Shown here: positions 40,143 through 50,591 of the stretch, piece by piece | How positions within the stretch are numbered: the first letter of the stretch is position 1 | Layout of the letters: the number at the start of each line of letters is the position of its first letter | DNA from: Syntrophales bacterium | Lineage (GTDB): Bacteria; Desulfobacterota; Syntrophia; Syntrophales; UBA2210 | Direction of reading: 5' to 3' | Length of the DNA stretch: 64,000 nt | Assembly (NCBI GenBank): GCA_963666365.2 | Contig: CAXXNF010000002.1 | Location: forward strand, 1,920,001-1,984,000 | Position numbers and translations under genes: made by a program | The notes under the pieces: model-generated | Databases searched by the model: none | The model's input: the letters and a program-made list of their open reading frames with translations, nothing else | What the model was told of the DNA's origin: nothing

Positions 40143-42785
40143 TCACATCGCCATACCGATCGTAAATTCCCATCTGTTTTTCGCTTCATCATCCTTGGGA
40201 TCGAGCACATGTCCCCACTCAAGACGAAAAGGCCCCAAGGGGGAATTCCAGCGAATGCCGACACCTGCGGTTTGCCTCAAGTCATTCAGATGGTATCCGC
40301 CGCTCCATGCGTTTCCCGTATCGAAAAAGACCACGCCTCGAATACCGGCATCCTCAATCAGAGGGAAAATCAGTTCCGAATTGAATACCAGCATGGTGAC
40401 CCCACCCAGCACCTCACCCGTAGTCGGATCCCGCGGTCCTACATCCCTAAGTCCCCGTATGGTATTTATCCCTCCGAGATAATACCGTTCATAAATGGGA
40501 ACTTCCTTTCCTCCATGCCCGCGAATGACCCCCATTTGGCCGCCGATTGCGAGCACATTGTCCCAGGGAAGCGGGAAATACAACCGTGAATCCACCCGGT
40601 AGCGCATAAAACTGGCGTCTCCCTGAAAGATTGAACCGGTGTATTCAAGGGAAATGGTATGTTTTGATCCCCTGGTGGGAAACATCCAGTCGTTTTTCGT
40701 GTCTCTTATGAGGGATATCGTAACACCGCTGGAAGTTATTTCCCCTTCCTGTTCCTTTACAAATCGCGACGCGTAGGACGCTACGTTTCTTATATTGTTA
40801 AATGCAAATTCATACTGGACATAGCCGCTCACACGCTCAAAAAGGTGATACCCCAACGAGACGCCGAAGCCCTGGGTATCGACATCGTAGGTATCGTATT
40901 CCTTTGCCATATCCCAGGCTTTGAACTTGCTCCAGAGAGGAATGTCGAAAAGCCATGGTTCGACAAAGGATAATTCGTAATTCGTGGTGCTCGACCCCAG
41001 ATGGGCGTTGAGACTCAGCGTCTGGCCCTTCCCGAAGAGATTCCTCTCCTGAACCTGGGCCATGAAAACGGCGTTTTCCTGTGCGCTGTAGCCGGCGCCG
41101 ACACTGAAAAGACCGGTGGACTTTTCCTTCACATGGACGTCGATGTCCATGAGAGACTCTTCGGGGCCTTTTCCCGTTTGAAAATTTACCTCCTCAAAAT
41201 ACCTGAGCTGATTGAGGCTGTTGTAACTTCGCTTCAACTTGTCTCTGTTGTAGAGTTCTCCCTCCACCACCTGAAGTAATCGCCGAATTACCTTGTCACG
41301 TGTCCTGCTATTGCCGGTAATCGCGATTCTGTTGATATAGGTCAGATCACCCTTTTCAATGTGATAGGTGACATCCACTTCCCGCTTCTCTTCATTGGCG
41401 CGCGTTTCGGGAAGCACACTTGCATATGCATAGCCTTCATTGTTGCAGGCCCCCATCAAATAGTCCATATCATGGACGATAGCTTCACGATCGAAATGGC
41501 CGGTCTGGGCTATCTGCAGTCCTTTCATCAGTTCTGACCGGGGAATTGACAGCATGTCGCCGGTAATATCCACACGTCCCACTCTGAATTGCTTCCCCTC
41601 AATGACGGGAATGGTGACGTATATCCATTTCTCATCAGTCCTGATTTCCGGATCGCCGACCTGCGCATTGATATAGCCGTTATTGTGATAAAAGGCGGTC
41701 AGTTTTTCGATGTCTTTCTTGAGTTCATTGCGGTTCAGCAACCCTGAATCAGTAAGAAAATGAAAGATGCCCCACTCGGACACTTCCATCATACCTCGAA
41801 GCTCCTTATCCGTATATACCTTATTCCCCTCAAAGGAGATGTTCTTGATATAGGGCCGTTTGTGCTCGACAATGGTAAACACCACCGACACATCTTTTCC
41901 TTCTTCCCCCTCTGCAGCGTAGGTCACTTCCGCATTAAGATATCCCTTCTCTTTGTAAAGATTTTTTATGTGTTCGGCATCGGTCTTGACTTTCTCAGGG
42001 TTATAGATTTGACGAGGTTTAATCGTCACCACTTCATCAATGTCGTCGCGATTAATCTTTTTGTGCCCTCGAATCTCCACATTGTGAATCAAGGGACGTT
42101 CCTTGACGATGAAGGTCACCGTTTTCCCGTCGGAGGAGTCCTCAACAGTAGTTCTCACATCCTCGAAAAAACCCATCTTAAAGATCGTTTTAATGTCGGC
42201 TGAAAGGACATTCTTTGAAAATAGCGTGCCCTTAGTGCTCTTAATGACATTGTAAAGGGCACTTTCCTCCACCCTCCGGTTACCGGTAAATTTCACCTGT
42301 GCAATTCTCTGATGCGCAAACAATCGAAATAAAATCTCTCGCACCAGCGAAGAGGAAATTGTGTGTATGCTTTCCAGACCCGTCCCCTGGGCATAAATAT
42401 CGCGAATCGACGTATTGTGTTCCACATCAAAGACCTGGACATCGGCACTTATCAGATTTCCCAGGCGGGTAAGGCTGCCCATGAGGACAAAATCGGCGCC
42501 GATTCTCCTCCCCAACGCGGCCGCACTGTGTTGATCTACCAGCGAAAGATCAATCGAATCCTCCAATTGACCGATATCGACAATCTTCACGTACTGTTGT
42601 TTCAAAAGTTCCGTAGTGATTTCGTTTGTAATATGACTTTTCAGATACTCGGTATCTGACTTGCTGTGAATCTCAAAGGGGAGGACGACAATTGTTTTCG
42701 GTGCATCGGCAAGGATCGCCCGGGGAAATAACAAAAGCAGCGCCAAAAGGGCGATTGTCCCGCATTTCGAATAATTAGAAGTCAT
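40143..42785 (-). CDS. bamA: Outer membrane protein assembly factor BamA with an extra N-terminal domain
   Basis: POTRA repeats (GN...), GAGYS, NLFGKG, IRG, WNSPLGP, terminal WEFTIGMAM. Confidence 0.94.
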   Translation of the reverse strand: MTSNYSKCGTIALLALLLLFPRAILADAPKTIVVLPFEIHSKSDTEYLKSHITNEITTELLKQQYVKIVDIGQLEDSIDLSLVDQHSAAALGRRIGADFVLMGSLTRLGNLISADVQVFDVEHNTSIRDIYAQGTGLESIHTISSSLVREILFRLFAHQRIAQVKFTGNRRVEESALYNVIKSTKGTLFSKNVLSADIKTIFKMGFFEDVRTTVEDSSDGKTVTFIVKERPLIHNVEIRGHKKINRDDIDEVVTIKPRQIYNPEKVKTDAEHIKNLYKEKGYLNAEVTYAAEGEEGKDVSVVFTIVEHKRPYIKNISFEGNKVYTDKELRGMMEVSEWGIFHFLTDSGLLNRNELKKDIEKLTAFYHNNGYINAQVGDPEIRTDEKWIYVTIPVIEGKQFRVGRVDITGDMLSIPRSELMKGLQIAQTGHFDREAIVHDMDYLMGACNNEGYAYASVLPETRANEEKREVDVTYHIEKGDLTYINRIAITGNSRTRDKVIRRLLQVVEGELYNRDKLKRSYNSLNQLRYFEEVNFQTGKGPEESLMDIDVHVKEKSTGLFSVGAGYSAQENAVFMAQVQERNLFGKGQTLSLNAHLGSSTTNYELSFVEPWLFDIPLWSKFKAWDMAKEYDTYDVDTQGFGVSLGYHLFERVSGYVQYEFAFNNIRNVASYASRFVKEQEGEITSSGVTISLIRDTKNDWMFPTRGSKHTISLEYTGSIFQGDASFMRYRVDSRLYFPLPWDNVLAIGGQMGVIRGHGGKEVPIYERYYLGGINTIRGLRDVGPRDPTTGEVLGGVTMLVFNSELIFPLIEDAGIRGVVFFDTGNAWSGGYHLNDLRQTAGVGIRWNSPLGPFRLEWGHVLDPKDDEAKNRWEFTIGMAM

Positions 42786-43443
42786 TCAGTGTACCATCCT
42801 TCAGACCCACTGTTCGGTCCATTCGTACAGCCAATTCCATATTGTGCGTTACGATTATCAATGTGGTTCCCCGTTTTTGATTGAGTTCCAGGAGGAGGTC
42901 CTCGATTTTCCGCCCCGTTTCCCTGTCCAGATTGCCCGTTGGCTCATCAGCAAGCAATACTTCGGGTTCCATCATCATCGCCCTGACGACGGCAACCCGC
43001 TGTTGCTCCCCTCCGGAAAGTTGTCCGGGTTTGTGCGATAACCTATCACCAAGTCCCGCTTCAGTCAAGGTAATCTCGGCTTTTCGAAGGGCGTCCCTTT
43101 TCGACATTCCTCCGATAATAGCCGGCATCATTGCATTTTCCAGTGCCGTAAATTCGGGAAGCAGATGATGGAACTGGAACACAAAACCGATTTTTCTGTT
43201 TCTGAATTCCGCCTTTTTTCTTGCATCCCCCTGGAATACATCAACCCCATTATAGTACACATCGCCGCTCGAAGGGTGATCGAGAAGCCCAAGGATCTGC
43301 AGAAGCGTAGTTTTTCCTGATCCGGAAACCCCAAGAATCGACAGGGTTTCATGGTCGGCAATCTCAAGATCTATTCCCTTCAGAACGTCGACACCATTTC
43401 CGTCCATCATAAACGTCTTTGTAAGACTGCGAATTTCTACCAT
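42775..43443 (-). CDS. lolD: Lipoprotein-releasing ABC ATPase LolD
   Basis: GVSGSGKTT, FQFHHLLPEF, LSGGEQQR, ADEPTGNLD. Confidence 0.92.
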   Translation of the reverse strand: MVEIRSLTKTFMMDGNGVDVLKGIDLEIADHETLSILGVSGSGKTTLLQILGLLDHPSSGDVYYNGVDVFQGDARKKAEFRNRKIGFVFQFHHLLPEFTALENAMMPAIIGGMSKRDALRKAEITLTEAGLGDRLSHKPGQLSGGEQQRVAVVRAMMMEPEVLLADEPTGNLDRETGRKIEDLLLELNQKRGTTLIIVTHNMELAVRMDRTVGLKDGTLNDF

Positions 43444-43455
43444 GATCACATGTCC

Positions 43456-44718
43456 TTACTCATATCGCAAGGCTTCCGCGGGATCAAGCCTTGAAGCCTT
43501 CCACGCAGGATATATCGATGCCGCAAAACATATTACCATGGTAAGCACGACAATCATCCCCACATCGTCGAAATTGACCTGAGAAGGAAGCTCACTCAGA
43601 TAATAGACATCCTGGGGGAGCACCTTGAACCCGAAGATCCTTTCTATAAAGGCCGTCGTTGCCTCGAGATTTAAGGCAATGAGAATTCCTACGGCACACC
43701 CGAGCAAGGTTCCCACGGCGCCGATTACCAGGCCCTGTATCATGAATATCTTCATGATGCTCGGTCCGGTGGCGCCCATTGATTTCAAAACTCCGATATC
43801 ACGGGTTTTTTCCATGACCGACATGATAAGCGTGATAATTATGTTAAAGGCCGCCACCAGGACAATCAAGCTCAATATGATAAACATGACCCGCTTTTCC
43901 AGCCTGAGTGCCGAAAAGAGATTCTTGTTCATTTCCATCCAGGTCCGCGCCTGGAAGAGATATCCCAGTTGCGCTTCAATTGCATCGGCGATTACATCCG
44001 CACGGTCCGCATGTGAAACTTTTATCCCGATGCCTGTGACCGCGTCCCCCATGTTAAGGAATTTTTTGCAATCTTCCAGTGACATCAGGGCAAGCGAAGC
44101 GTCATATTCATAAAATCCCGATTCAAAGATTCCCATCACGCGAAATGTCTTAAGCCTCGGCACCGTACCCATGGGGGTAGAAACACCCATGGGAAGAATA
44201 ATCTCCGTTTCGTCACCTTCATGCAGGCCCAGATTGCGGGCCAGTTCCCTTCCCACGACCAGGGGGGGCAATGCGGATTTGTCGTGATCTTTTCCTTCAT
44301 TGTCGGAAAAGTTGATATCCCCCTCCACTATCTTTCCTAACGTCATAACGGAAAGGGCGCTATCAGGGTCTATTCCCCGAAGCTGCACACCGCTGACCCG
44401 ATCATCCTTTTTCACCATGGCCTGCCCATAGACGAAGGGGGTAGATGCGGTGACACCCTCAACTCCGTTCACTCTCCTCATGACTGCGTGGTAATTTTTT
44501 ATGCCGCCATCGAAGTGCATGAGGACAATATGTGAGTTGACGCCAAGTATTTTTTTACGAAGTTCACCCTCAAATCCATTCATGACCGCAAGTACGATTA
44601 TCAGTGCGGCAACGCCAAGCAATATGCCTGCTGTCGAAATGATAGTATTGATTGAAATAAAGGTTTGCTTTCTCTTCGCTCTGAGATAGCGGAACCCTAT
44701 GAAGAACTCATAGCGCAT
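43456..44718 (-). CDS. lolE: Lipoprotein-releasing ABC permease LolC/E
   Basis: LAVMNGF, ALRLEK, VAAFNI, EKTRDIG, PAEALRYE. Confidence 0.9.
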   Translation of the reverse strand: MRYEFFIGFRYLRAKRKQTFISINTIISTAGILLGVAALIIVLAVMNGFEGELRKKILGVNSHIVLMHFDGGIKNYHAVMRRVNGVEGVTASTPFVYGQAMVKKDDRVSGVQLRGIDPDSALSVMTLGKIVEGDINFSDNEGKDHDKSALPPLVVGRELARNLGLHEGDETEIILPMGVSTPMGTVPRLKTFRVMGIFESGFYEYDASLALMSLEDCKKFLNMGDAVTGIGIKVSHADRADVIADAIEAQLGYLFQARTWMEMNKNLFSALRLEKRVMFIILSLIVLVAAFNIIITLIMSVMEKTRDIGVLKSMGATGPSIMKIFMIQGLVIGAVGTLLGCAVGILIALNLEATTAFIERIFGFKVLPQDVYYLSELPSQVNFDDVGMIVVLTMVICFAASIYPAWKASRLDPAEALRYE

Positions 44719-44834
44719 TCTTACACCTTACCGCCGACCCCCGGAGTTTTGCGGTTTCATCTGCACCGCAACAGTCGCCAAAAGAGGATACGAAGATCCA
44801 GTAAGCGCAGGTCGCTTGACAGCTCTGCCACTGG

Positions 44835-46325
44835 CTACCCTTTCTGGCTCTTCGAGCGCATGTGCGGAAATAAAATGACATCTCGAATTGACGGCGAATC
44901 GGTAAAAAGCATCACCAGACGATCGATCCCAATTCCTTCACCCGCCGTCGGAGGCATCCCGTACTCCAGGGCCGTAATATAATCTTCATCCATTGCATGC
45001 GCCTCTTCGTCTCCGGCTTCCTTCCGGGCAAGCTGCGACAGAAAACGTTCCCGCTGGTCATCAGGATCATTGAGTTCTGAAAAGGCGTTGGCAATCTCCC
45101 TTCCATAGATGTAAAGTTCGAAACGATCAGTATAGGCGGCGTCGGCAGGGTTTTTCCTTGAAAGAGGAGATACTTCTATAGGATACTGTGTCACAAAGGT
45201 CGGCTGAAGCAACTTTTCTTCAACCGCCTGTTCGAAGATCGCCACAATGATCTTGCCTAAAGGGTCCTCGTCATCAACAGCGGCGCCCAGCTCCTTTGCC
45301 GCATTCAGCGCCCTATCACGATCTTCGAGAACCGAAGGATCTAAATCCCTGTATTTTAGAATGGCCTCTTTCACCGTCAGTCTCTGCCAGGGGGGAGTCA
45401 AGTCTATCTCCGTCCCCTGATAGGTAAACGTCAAAGAACCGAAAAGTTCCCGAGCGACGAACATAAGGAGTTCTTCGGTAAAATTCATAAGATCTTCATA
45501 GGTTGCATAGGCCTGATAAAACTCCATCATAGTAAACTCGGGATTGTGAAAAATGGATATCCCTTCATTCCGAAAATTGCGATTGATTTCAAAGACCCGT
45601 TCCAGACCGCCTACCACAAGACGTTTCAGATAGAGTTCAGGGGCTATTCGCAGGTAAAGATCCATATCAAGCGTGTTATGATGCGTCTTGAAGGGCCGGG
45701 CCGCCGCGCCGCCCGCAATGGGGTGCATCATAGGCGTTTCCACTTCAAGAAAATCCCTGCTTTCCATAAACTGTCGTATTAAGCCGATAATTCTGCTTCT
45801 TGCGTAAAATGTCTCCTTTACCTCGAGATTCATTATAAGATCCAGGTATCTCTGGCGATATCGCGCCTCAACATCGGTCAAACCATGCCACTTTTCGGGC
45901 AGTGGTTTCAGAGACTTCGACAGAAGTCGAATCTCATCGGCCTCAATCGTCAATTCGCCCGTATGTGTCTTAAAGGGACAACCTGCGACATAGACCACAT
46001 CCCCCACATCGAATTTTTTAAAAAGGGAATACCTGTCATCTCCCACCTTGTCTTTTCTGATATAGACCTGAAGCCTGCCCTTTCTGTCCTGAACACTTAC
46101 AAATGACGCCTTGCCGAATACGCGCCGGGCCATGATTCTACCCGCCAATTGAAACCGCTCCGTCACCTCATGAAGCGCCTCACTGTCCATATCGGCAAAA
46201 CGGCGGATGATTTCGTCGGTCGTGGAAGTCACTGTCACATCATTGGGATAAAGTTCAACCCCCATCGATTTCAGATTTTCTATCTTTTCTCTTTTCGTTT
46301 TCAGCAGCTCGCTTTTCTCTTCCAT
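44835..46325 (-). CDS. lysS: Lysine--tRNA ligase (class II)
   Basis: RYRQRYLDL, GGAAARPF, LRIAPELYLKRL, FRNEG, YGMPPTAGEGIGIDRL; start ATG 46325. Confidence 0.97.
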   Translation of the reverse strand: MEEKSELLKTKREKIENLKSMGVELYPNDVTVTSTTDEIIRRFADMDSEALHEVTERFQLAGRIMARRVFGKASFVSVQDRKGRLQVYIRKDKVGDDRYSLFKKFDVGDVVYVAGCPFKTHTGELTIEADEIRLLSKSLKPLPEKWHGLTDVEARYRQRYLDLIMNLEVKETFYARSRIIGLIRQFMESRDFLEVETPMMHPIAGGAAARPFKTHHNTLDMDLYLRIAPELYLKRLVVGGLERVFEINRNFRNEGISIFHNPEFTMMEFYQAYATYEDLMNFTEELLMFVARELFGSLTFTYQGTEIDLTPPWQRLTVKEAILKYRDLDPSVLEDRDRALNAAKELGAAVDDEDPLGKIIVAIFEQAVEEKLLQPTFVTQYPIEVSPLSRKNPADAAYTDRFELYIYGREIANAFSELNDPDDQRERFLSQLARKEAGDEEAHAMDEDYITALEYGMPPTAGEGIGIDRLVMLFTDSPSIRDVILFPHMRSKSQKG

Positions 46326-46405
46326 TCGCTCCAATCCCGGCTTAAATATTGAAAAAGAGTACCTATATTTTTTTACCGCTTTAGTCAAGACATTTGAGAA
46401 AAGGA

Positions 46406-46434
46406 TTGACAAAAAATAATGCTGATACTAGCAT
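46406..46434 (+). promoter_or_regulatory. Sigma70 promoter of the hldA-yicC-gmk operon
   Basis: TTGACA (46406-46411), 17 nt, TAGCAT (46429-46434). Confidence 0.6.
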
Positions 46435-46477
46435 GCAACGTTGCGTTTCACGGACATAACAGACAATTGGAAAAATA

Positions 46478-47470
46478 ATGAAACAACATCCCACAAGACA
46501 ACGGGCCCTCGAAATAATCAGACGTTTTTCTTCCGCGCGCGTCCTCATTATCGGCGACATCATGGTCGACCATTTCATCTGGGGCAAGGTTTCAAGAATC
46601 TCTCCGGAGGCCCCTGTACCGGTCGTGCTTGTATCGAATGAGAGTCAGCTTCTCGGCGGGTGCGCCAATGTGTTAAATAATGTATGTTCCATGGGTGGAC
46701 AGGCCTACATAAGCGGCGCTATAGGCGATGATGCCATGGGACAGTGGGTGATAGATGAACTTGGCAAAGTAAAGGTCGATGCAGGAGGAATAATCAGGAA
46801 GAAAGATCGGCAGACCCCTGTAAAAACGAGGATAATCGCCCATCGCCAGCAAGTCGTTCGTTTTGACAGGGAAAACAAAAGGCCCCTCGGCATCGACGAC
46901 ATACGGGAGATCATTGCCTATGTCGCGTCGGTGAAGAATAAAATCGGGGCAATTATCGTTTCCGATTATAACAAGGGATTTGTATCTGAAGCACTGCTCG
47001 ATGAAGTCCGCCGCATTGTGGAGGGAACCTCCATTGCCCTGTGCATAGACCCCAAGCAAAGCGATTTTTCGTTTTACAGGGGATGCGATATGATCACGCC
47101 AAACCAGAACGAAGCGGCTCAGGCCCTGGGCAGGGAACTTACCTCCTTCGAGGACGTGATCGAGGGGGGGACGGCGCTGATGAAGGACTATGGCTTCAAG
47201 TCACTGCTCATTACGCGAGGTGAAGAGGGCATGGTCCTTTTTGAAAGGAGCAAAGGCATCACACATACTCCCATCTCTGCCGTCGCCAAGGAGGTCTATG
47301 ATGTGACAGGAGCCGGTGATACAGTGATCGGGATTTTCGCTCTCGCCGTTGCTGCAGGTGCTTCATTTAAAGAAGCGGCAGTGCTTGCGAACCATGCCGC
47401 AGGCATTGTAGTCGGCAAGGTGGGAACGGCAACTGCCTCCCAGCAGGAATTGGTGAACCTACTGTCATGA
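46478..47470 (+). CDS. rfaE1: D-glycero-beta-D-manno-heptose-7-phosphate kinase (RfaE domain I/HldA)
   Basis: RISPEAPVPV, SDYNKG, DPK, TPN, DVTGAGDT. Confidence 0.92.
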   Translation: MKQHPTRQRALEIIRRFSSARVLIIGDIMVDHFIWGKVSRISPEAPVPVVLVSNESQLLGGCANVLNNVCSMGGQAYISGAIGDDAMGQWVIDELGKVKVDAGGIIRKKDRQTPVKTRIIAHRQQVVRFDRENKRPLGIDDIREIIAYVASVKNKIGAIIVSDYNKGFVSEALLDEVRRIVEGTSIALCIDPKQSDFSFYRGCDMITPNQNEAAQALGRELTSFEDVIEGGTALMKDYGFKSLLITRGEEGMVLFERSKGITHTPISAVAKEVYDVTGAGDTVIGIFALAVAAGASFKEAAVLANHAAGIVVGKVGTATASQQELVNLLS

Positions 47471-48018
47471 GTAACCCCAGCAATCCCAATCCGGTAAAAT
47501 TGGTGTCGAGCATCTTTTCAGCCGATACGCATCTGATCGTCGCAGTGGTAAATGAATTGTCGGCAATGTTCGGAATGATCGATTACATCAGTGAATTGAT
47601 CCCCTTCGAATATACAGACTACTATGTGAAGGAAATGGGGCCTCGACAGAAAAGACGCTTCGTTTCATTTGAGAATCTCCTTTGCCCCGATACTCTACCC
47701 GCGATCAAGCTATCCACAAATGCACTAGAAGAAACCTTTTCCGCTATGGAAAAAAGAAAAATCAACATAGATCCCGGATATATATCGCTGGGCAATCTTG
47801 TACTCGCCACAGGAAAACCTTTTGCCCACAGGCCCTATCTGGGGAGTGGAATCTATGCCGACTTGACCCTTGTGTACCAAAGAGGCGGGTTCCATCCCCT
47901 AGAGTGGACATATCCCGATTATCGCGAATGCGGGATGCTGCGCATGCTTGCCGGTATCAGGGGAAAGTATCTCATTCAGTTGACACAATCGAAGAGGGAG
48001 GCACTACAGACAATATGA
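47467..48018 (+). CDS. DUF4416 family protein
   Basis: TDYYVKEMG, NIDPGY, LATGK, WTYPDY. Confidence 0.75.
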   Translation: MSNPSNPNPVKLVSSIFSADTHLIVAVVNELSAMFGMIDYISELIPFEYTDYYVKEMGPRQKRRFVSFENLLCPDTLPAIKLSTNALEETFSAMEKRKINIDPGYISLGNLVLATGKPFAHRPYLGSGIYADLTLVYQRGGFHPLEWTYPDYRECGMLRMLAGIRGKYLIQLTQSKREALQTI

Positions 48019-48899
48019 TAACAAGTATGACCGGTTACGGCAGGGCTGAATCAGCGCTGGAGGGGAAACGGATAGTCGCAGAGATTAAGTCTCTAAACCA
48101 CAGAAATCTGGAGATAAGCGTCCGGTTTCCTAATGTGCTGAGCCCGCTGGAAGTCCCGATCAAGAAAAGAATCAGCGAAAGGATATCACGGGGAAGGGTG
48201 GAAATTTCCATCCGCTTCGATGCCGATCAGGGGGGCGCCGACAGTGACAGCCTCTTTGTCAACATGCCTCTGATGCGCAACTATTACGAATTGCTGACCG
48301 CCATTAAGGAAGAATTCGGGCTCGCAGACTCTATCACCCTGGAGCTGCTCGCAAATGTAAGAAACGGCATATACGCAGCGGAGGCTCAGATTGACCCGGA
48401 AAACGCGTGGCCCGTCATCTGCGGTGTAGTCGACGGCGCCGTAGAAGCCCTGATTGACATGAAAAAGGTCGAAGGCACGCTCCTCTACGCTGATTTTACG
48501 GAACGGATAAATCTGATCAAGCAGTACCTGGACTCGCTGAAACCGAAGGCGCCGCAGGTGGTGCAGGAATACAAAGCACGGCTGTCGGAAAGGCTTGAAG
48601 AACTCGCCGGCGGGGTGCAAATTGATCCGCTGCGTCTCGCGCAGGAAATTGCAATTATGGCGGATAAGATCGACATCACCGAGGAGATTGTTCGCCTTGA
48701 CAGTCACATGCACCAATTGAGGAATCTGCTGGAAAGTCTCGAACCCGTGGGAAGAAAGATGGATTTTCTTTTTCAGGAGATGCATCGTGAAATAAATACC
48801 ATAGGTTCCAAAAGCAGCGATCTCGATATATCGCGCAATGTAATTGAAATAAAAACGGAACTTGCAAAACTACGGGAACAGGTTCAGAATATCGAATAA
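48015..48899 (+). CDS. yicC: YicC/YloC family endoribonuclease
   Basis: MITSMTGYG, SLNHR, RGRV, GRKMDFLFQEMHREINTIGSK, REQVQNIE. Confidence 0.93.
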   Translation: MITSMTGYGRAESALEGKRIVAEIKSLNHRNLEISVRFPNVLSPLEVPIKKRISERISRGRVEISIRFDADQGGADSDSLFVNMPLMRNYYELLTAIKEEFGLADSITLELLANVRNGIYAAEAQIDPENAWPVICGVVDGAVEALIDMKKVEGTLLYADFTERINLIKQYLDSLKPKAPQVVQEYKARLSERLEELAGGVQIDPLRLAQEIAIMADKIDITEEIVRLDSHMHQLRNLLESLEPVGRKMDFLFQEMHREINTIGSKSSDLDISRNVIEIKTELAKLREQVQNIE

Positions 48900-48919
48900 A
48901 TGAGAGGGGTTTCGACGCC

Positions 48920-49531
48920 TTGCCTGATAATAAAAGAGGATTTCTTATGGTTGTTTCCGCGCCGTCGGGCACAGGGAAGACCACTCTATGCAAACGGCTT
49001 CTCAAGGGACAGCCTGATTTGCGCTTTTCCATATCCTACACCACGCGTCCTCAAAGGGCGAGAGAAGTAAACGGAAGGGACTACCATTTCATCTCAGAAG
49101 CAGTATTCAGGGAAAAACGCCGGCTGGGCGAATTTATAGAAACCGAAGAAATTTTCAATAATTTCTACGGTACCTCGGGAAAGGACATAGAGGACTGTCT
49201 GGCAGCGGGGAAAAACATACTTCTCGATGTAGACACAAGGGGCGCAGAACACATAAAAGCAGTCTATCCTGAAGGCGTGTTTGTCTTTATTCTTCCCCCC
49301 TCGCTTGATGCGCTCAAGGAGCGGCTGACCCGAAGAGGATCAGAGGATGAAGCGACAATGAAAATCCGGTTGAAAAGAGCCTATGACGAAGTTCACGAAA
49401 ATCATTGGTATGATTATATAATCATTAATGATATACTCAGCTATTCATTAAAGGCTCTCGAATCCATCTATATAGCGGAAAAATGCAGGAGATTCAGACA
49501 ATTAGAGATTATAAACCGAGTGATACTGTAA
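48920..49531 (+). CDS. gmk: Guanylate kinase
   Basis: SAPSGTGKTT, SYTTRPQR, DYHF, YGTS. Confidence 0.94.
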   Translation: MPDNKRGFLMVVSAPSGTGKTTLCKRLLKGQPDLRFSISYTTRPQRAREVNGRDYHFISEAVFREKRRLGEFIETEEIFNNFYGTSGKDIEDCLAAGKNILLDVDTRGAEHIKAVYPEGVFVFILPPSLDALKERLTRRGSEDEATMKIRLKRAYDEVHENHWYDYIIINDILSYSLKALESIYIAEKCRRFRQLEIINRVIL

Positions 49532-49549
49532 AAAGGAGGCATGTAATTA

Positions 49550-49822
49550 ATGGCACGAGTCACCGTTGAAGATTCACTAAAACAGGCAAAAAACAGGTTC
49601 GCCCTGACCATCCTGACGGTTCAGCGCGTCCGGCAGCTTTACAAAGGTTCAGCGCCGCTTTCGGAGAAAAAAAACAACCGGGAGGTGGTCACGGCCCTGA
49701 GGGAAATAGCGGAAGGAAAGGTTGCCTACTCACATCCGGAATATCTAAATCGACTTAACGAGGGGCTGAAACAGATTCCCCATGAATCGGAATTTATAGG
49801 CAGTGAAGATGAAATCGAGTGA
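49550..49822 (+). CDS. rpoZ: RNA polymerase omega subunit
   Basis: MARVTVED, NRF, ALREIAEG; AGGAGG SD. Confidence 0.94.
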   Translation: MARVTVEDSLKQAKNRFALTILTVQRVRQLYKGSAPLSEKKNNREVVTALREIAEGKVAYSHPEYLNRLNEGLKQIPHESEFIGSEDEIE

Positions 49823-50582
49823 CAGAGGAAAGGATCACCTGATCTTTGCCCTCGACGTGGGGGACGATTTCGAAAGCGCCCTTGAATGGGTGGCGCTATT
49901 GAAGGATCACGTGGGTATTTTTAAAGTAGGGAAAGAGGCTTTTACCCGTTTTGGACCGCCCCTCGTAGAAGAAATACACGCTCTGGGCGCCGGCGTGTTT
50001 CTTGATCTTAAATTCCACGACATACCCAATACGGTGGCGCGGGCGGCGGAAGCAGCCACCAGACTAAAGGTGGAAATGTTCAATGTTCATGCCCTCGGCG
50101 GCGCCGCTATGATGAAAAATACTGCAGAGGCGGTTCGTGCCGCCGCCGAAGCGACCGGAATCATTCCCCCCGCCGTTCTTGCCGTCACCGTTCTTACGAG
50201 TCTCAACGATCGTGATCTGGGAGATCTCGGGTTCCAGTGCACCACGGGGGTTCTCGTTCCCCGGCTCGCAACGCTGGCTCAAGAGGCGGGCCTTACAGGC
50301 GTCGTGGCGTCGGCGCAGGACGTTCCCGCGTTGCGCAGGACCTGCGGAGATGACTTCGTGATCGTCACCCCGGGTATTAGACTTGTGGAAGAAGTTGCGG
50401 GTGATGACCAGAAAAGGACACTGACTCCCAAAGAGGCCATTGCGGTCGGCGCCGATTTCATTGTCGTGGGTCGACCGATACGAAGGGCAGACGATCCTGT
50501 CGCCGCAGCCGGAAAAATTAATATCGAAATAGAGGAAGGACTTGCGGCAAGGAACAAGAGACTGTCAGATCGGGGTAAATAA
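49809..50582 (+). CDS. pyrF: Orotidine-5'-phosphate decarboxylase
   Basis: ALD, FLDLKFHDIPNTV, VTVLTS, TPGIR, DDQKR, VGRPI. Confidence 0.95.
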   Translation: MKSSDRGKDHLIFALDVGDDFESALEWVALLKDHVGIFKVGKEAFTRFGPPLVEEIHALGAGVFLDLKFHDIPNTVARAAEAATRLKVEMFNVHALGGAAMMKNTAEAVRAAAEATGIIPPAVLAVTVLTSLNDRDLGDLGFQCTTGVLVPRLATLAQEAGLTGVVASAQDVPALRRTCGDDFVIVTPGIRLVEEVAGDDQKRTLTPKEAIAVGADFIVVGRPIRRADDPVAAAGKINIEIEEGLAARNKRLSDRGK

Positions 50583-50591
50583 AGGACATCC

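Noticed and set aside
47682..48014. Apparent 111-aa N-terminal extension of YicC
   Set aside because: Overlaps the DUF4416 gene in another frame; the conserved start is MITSMTGYG at 48015.
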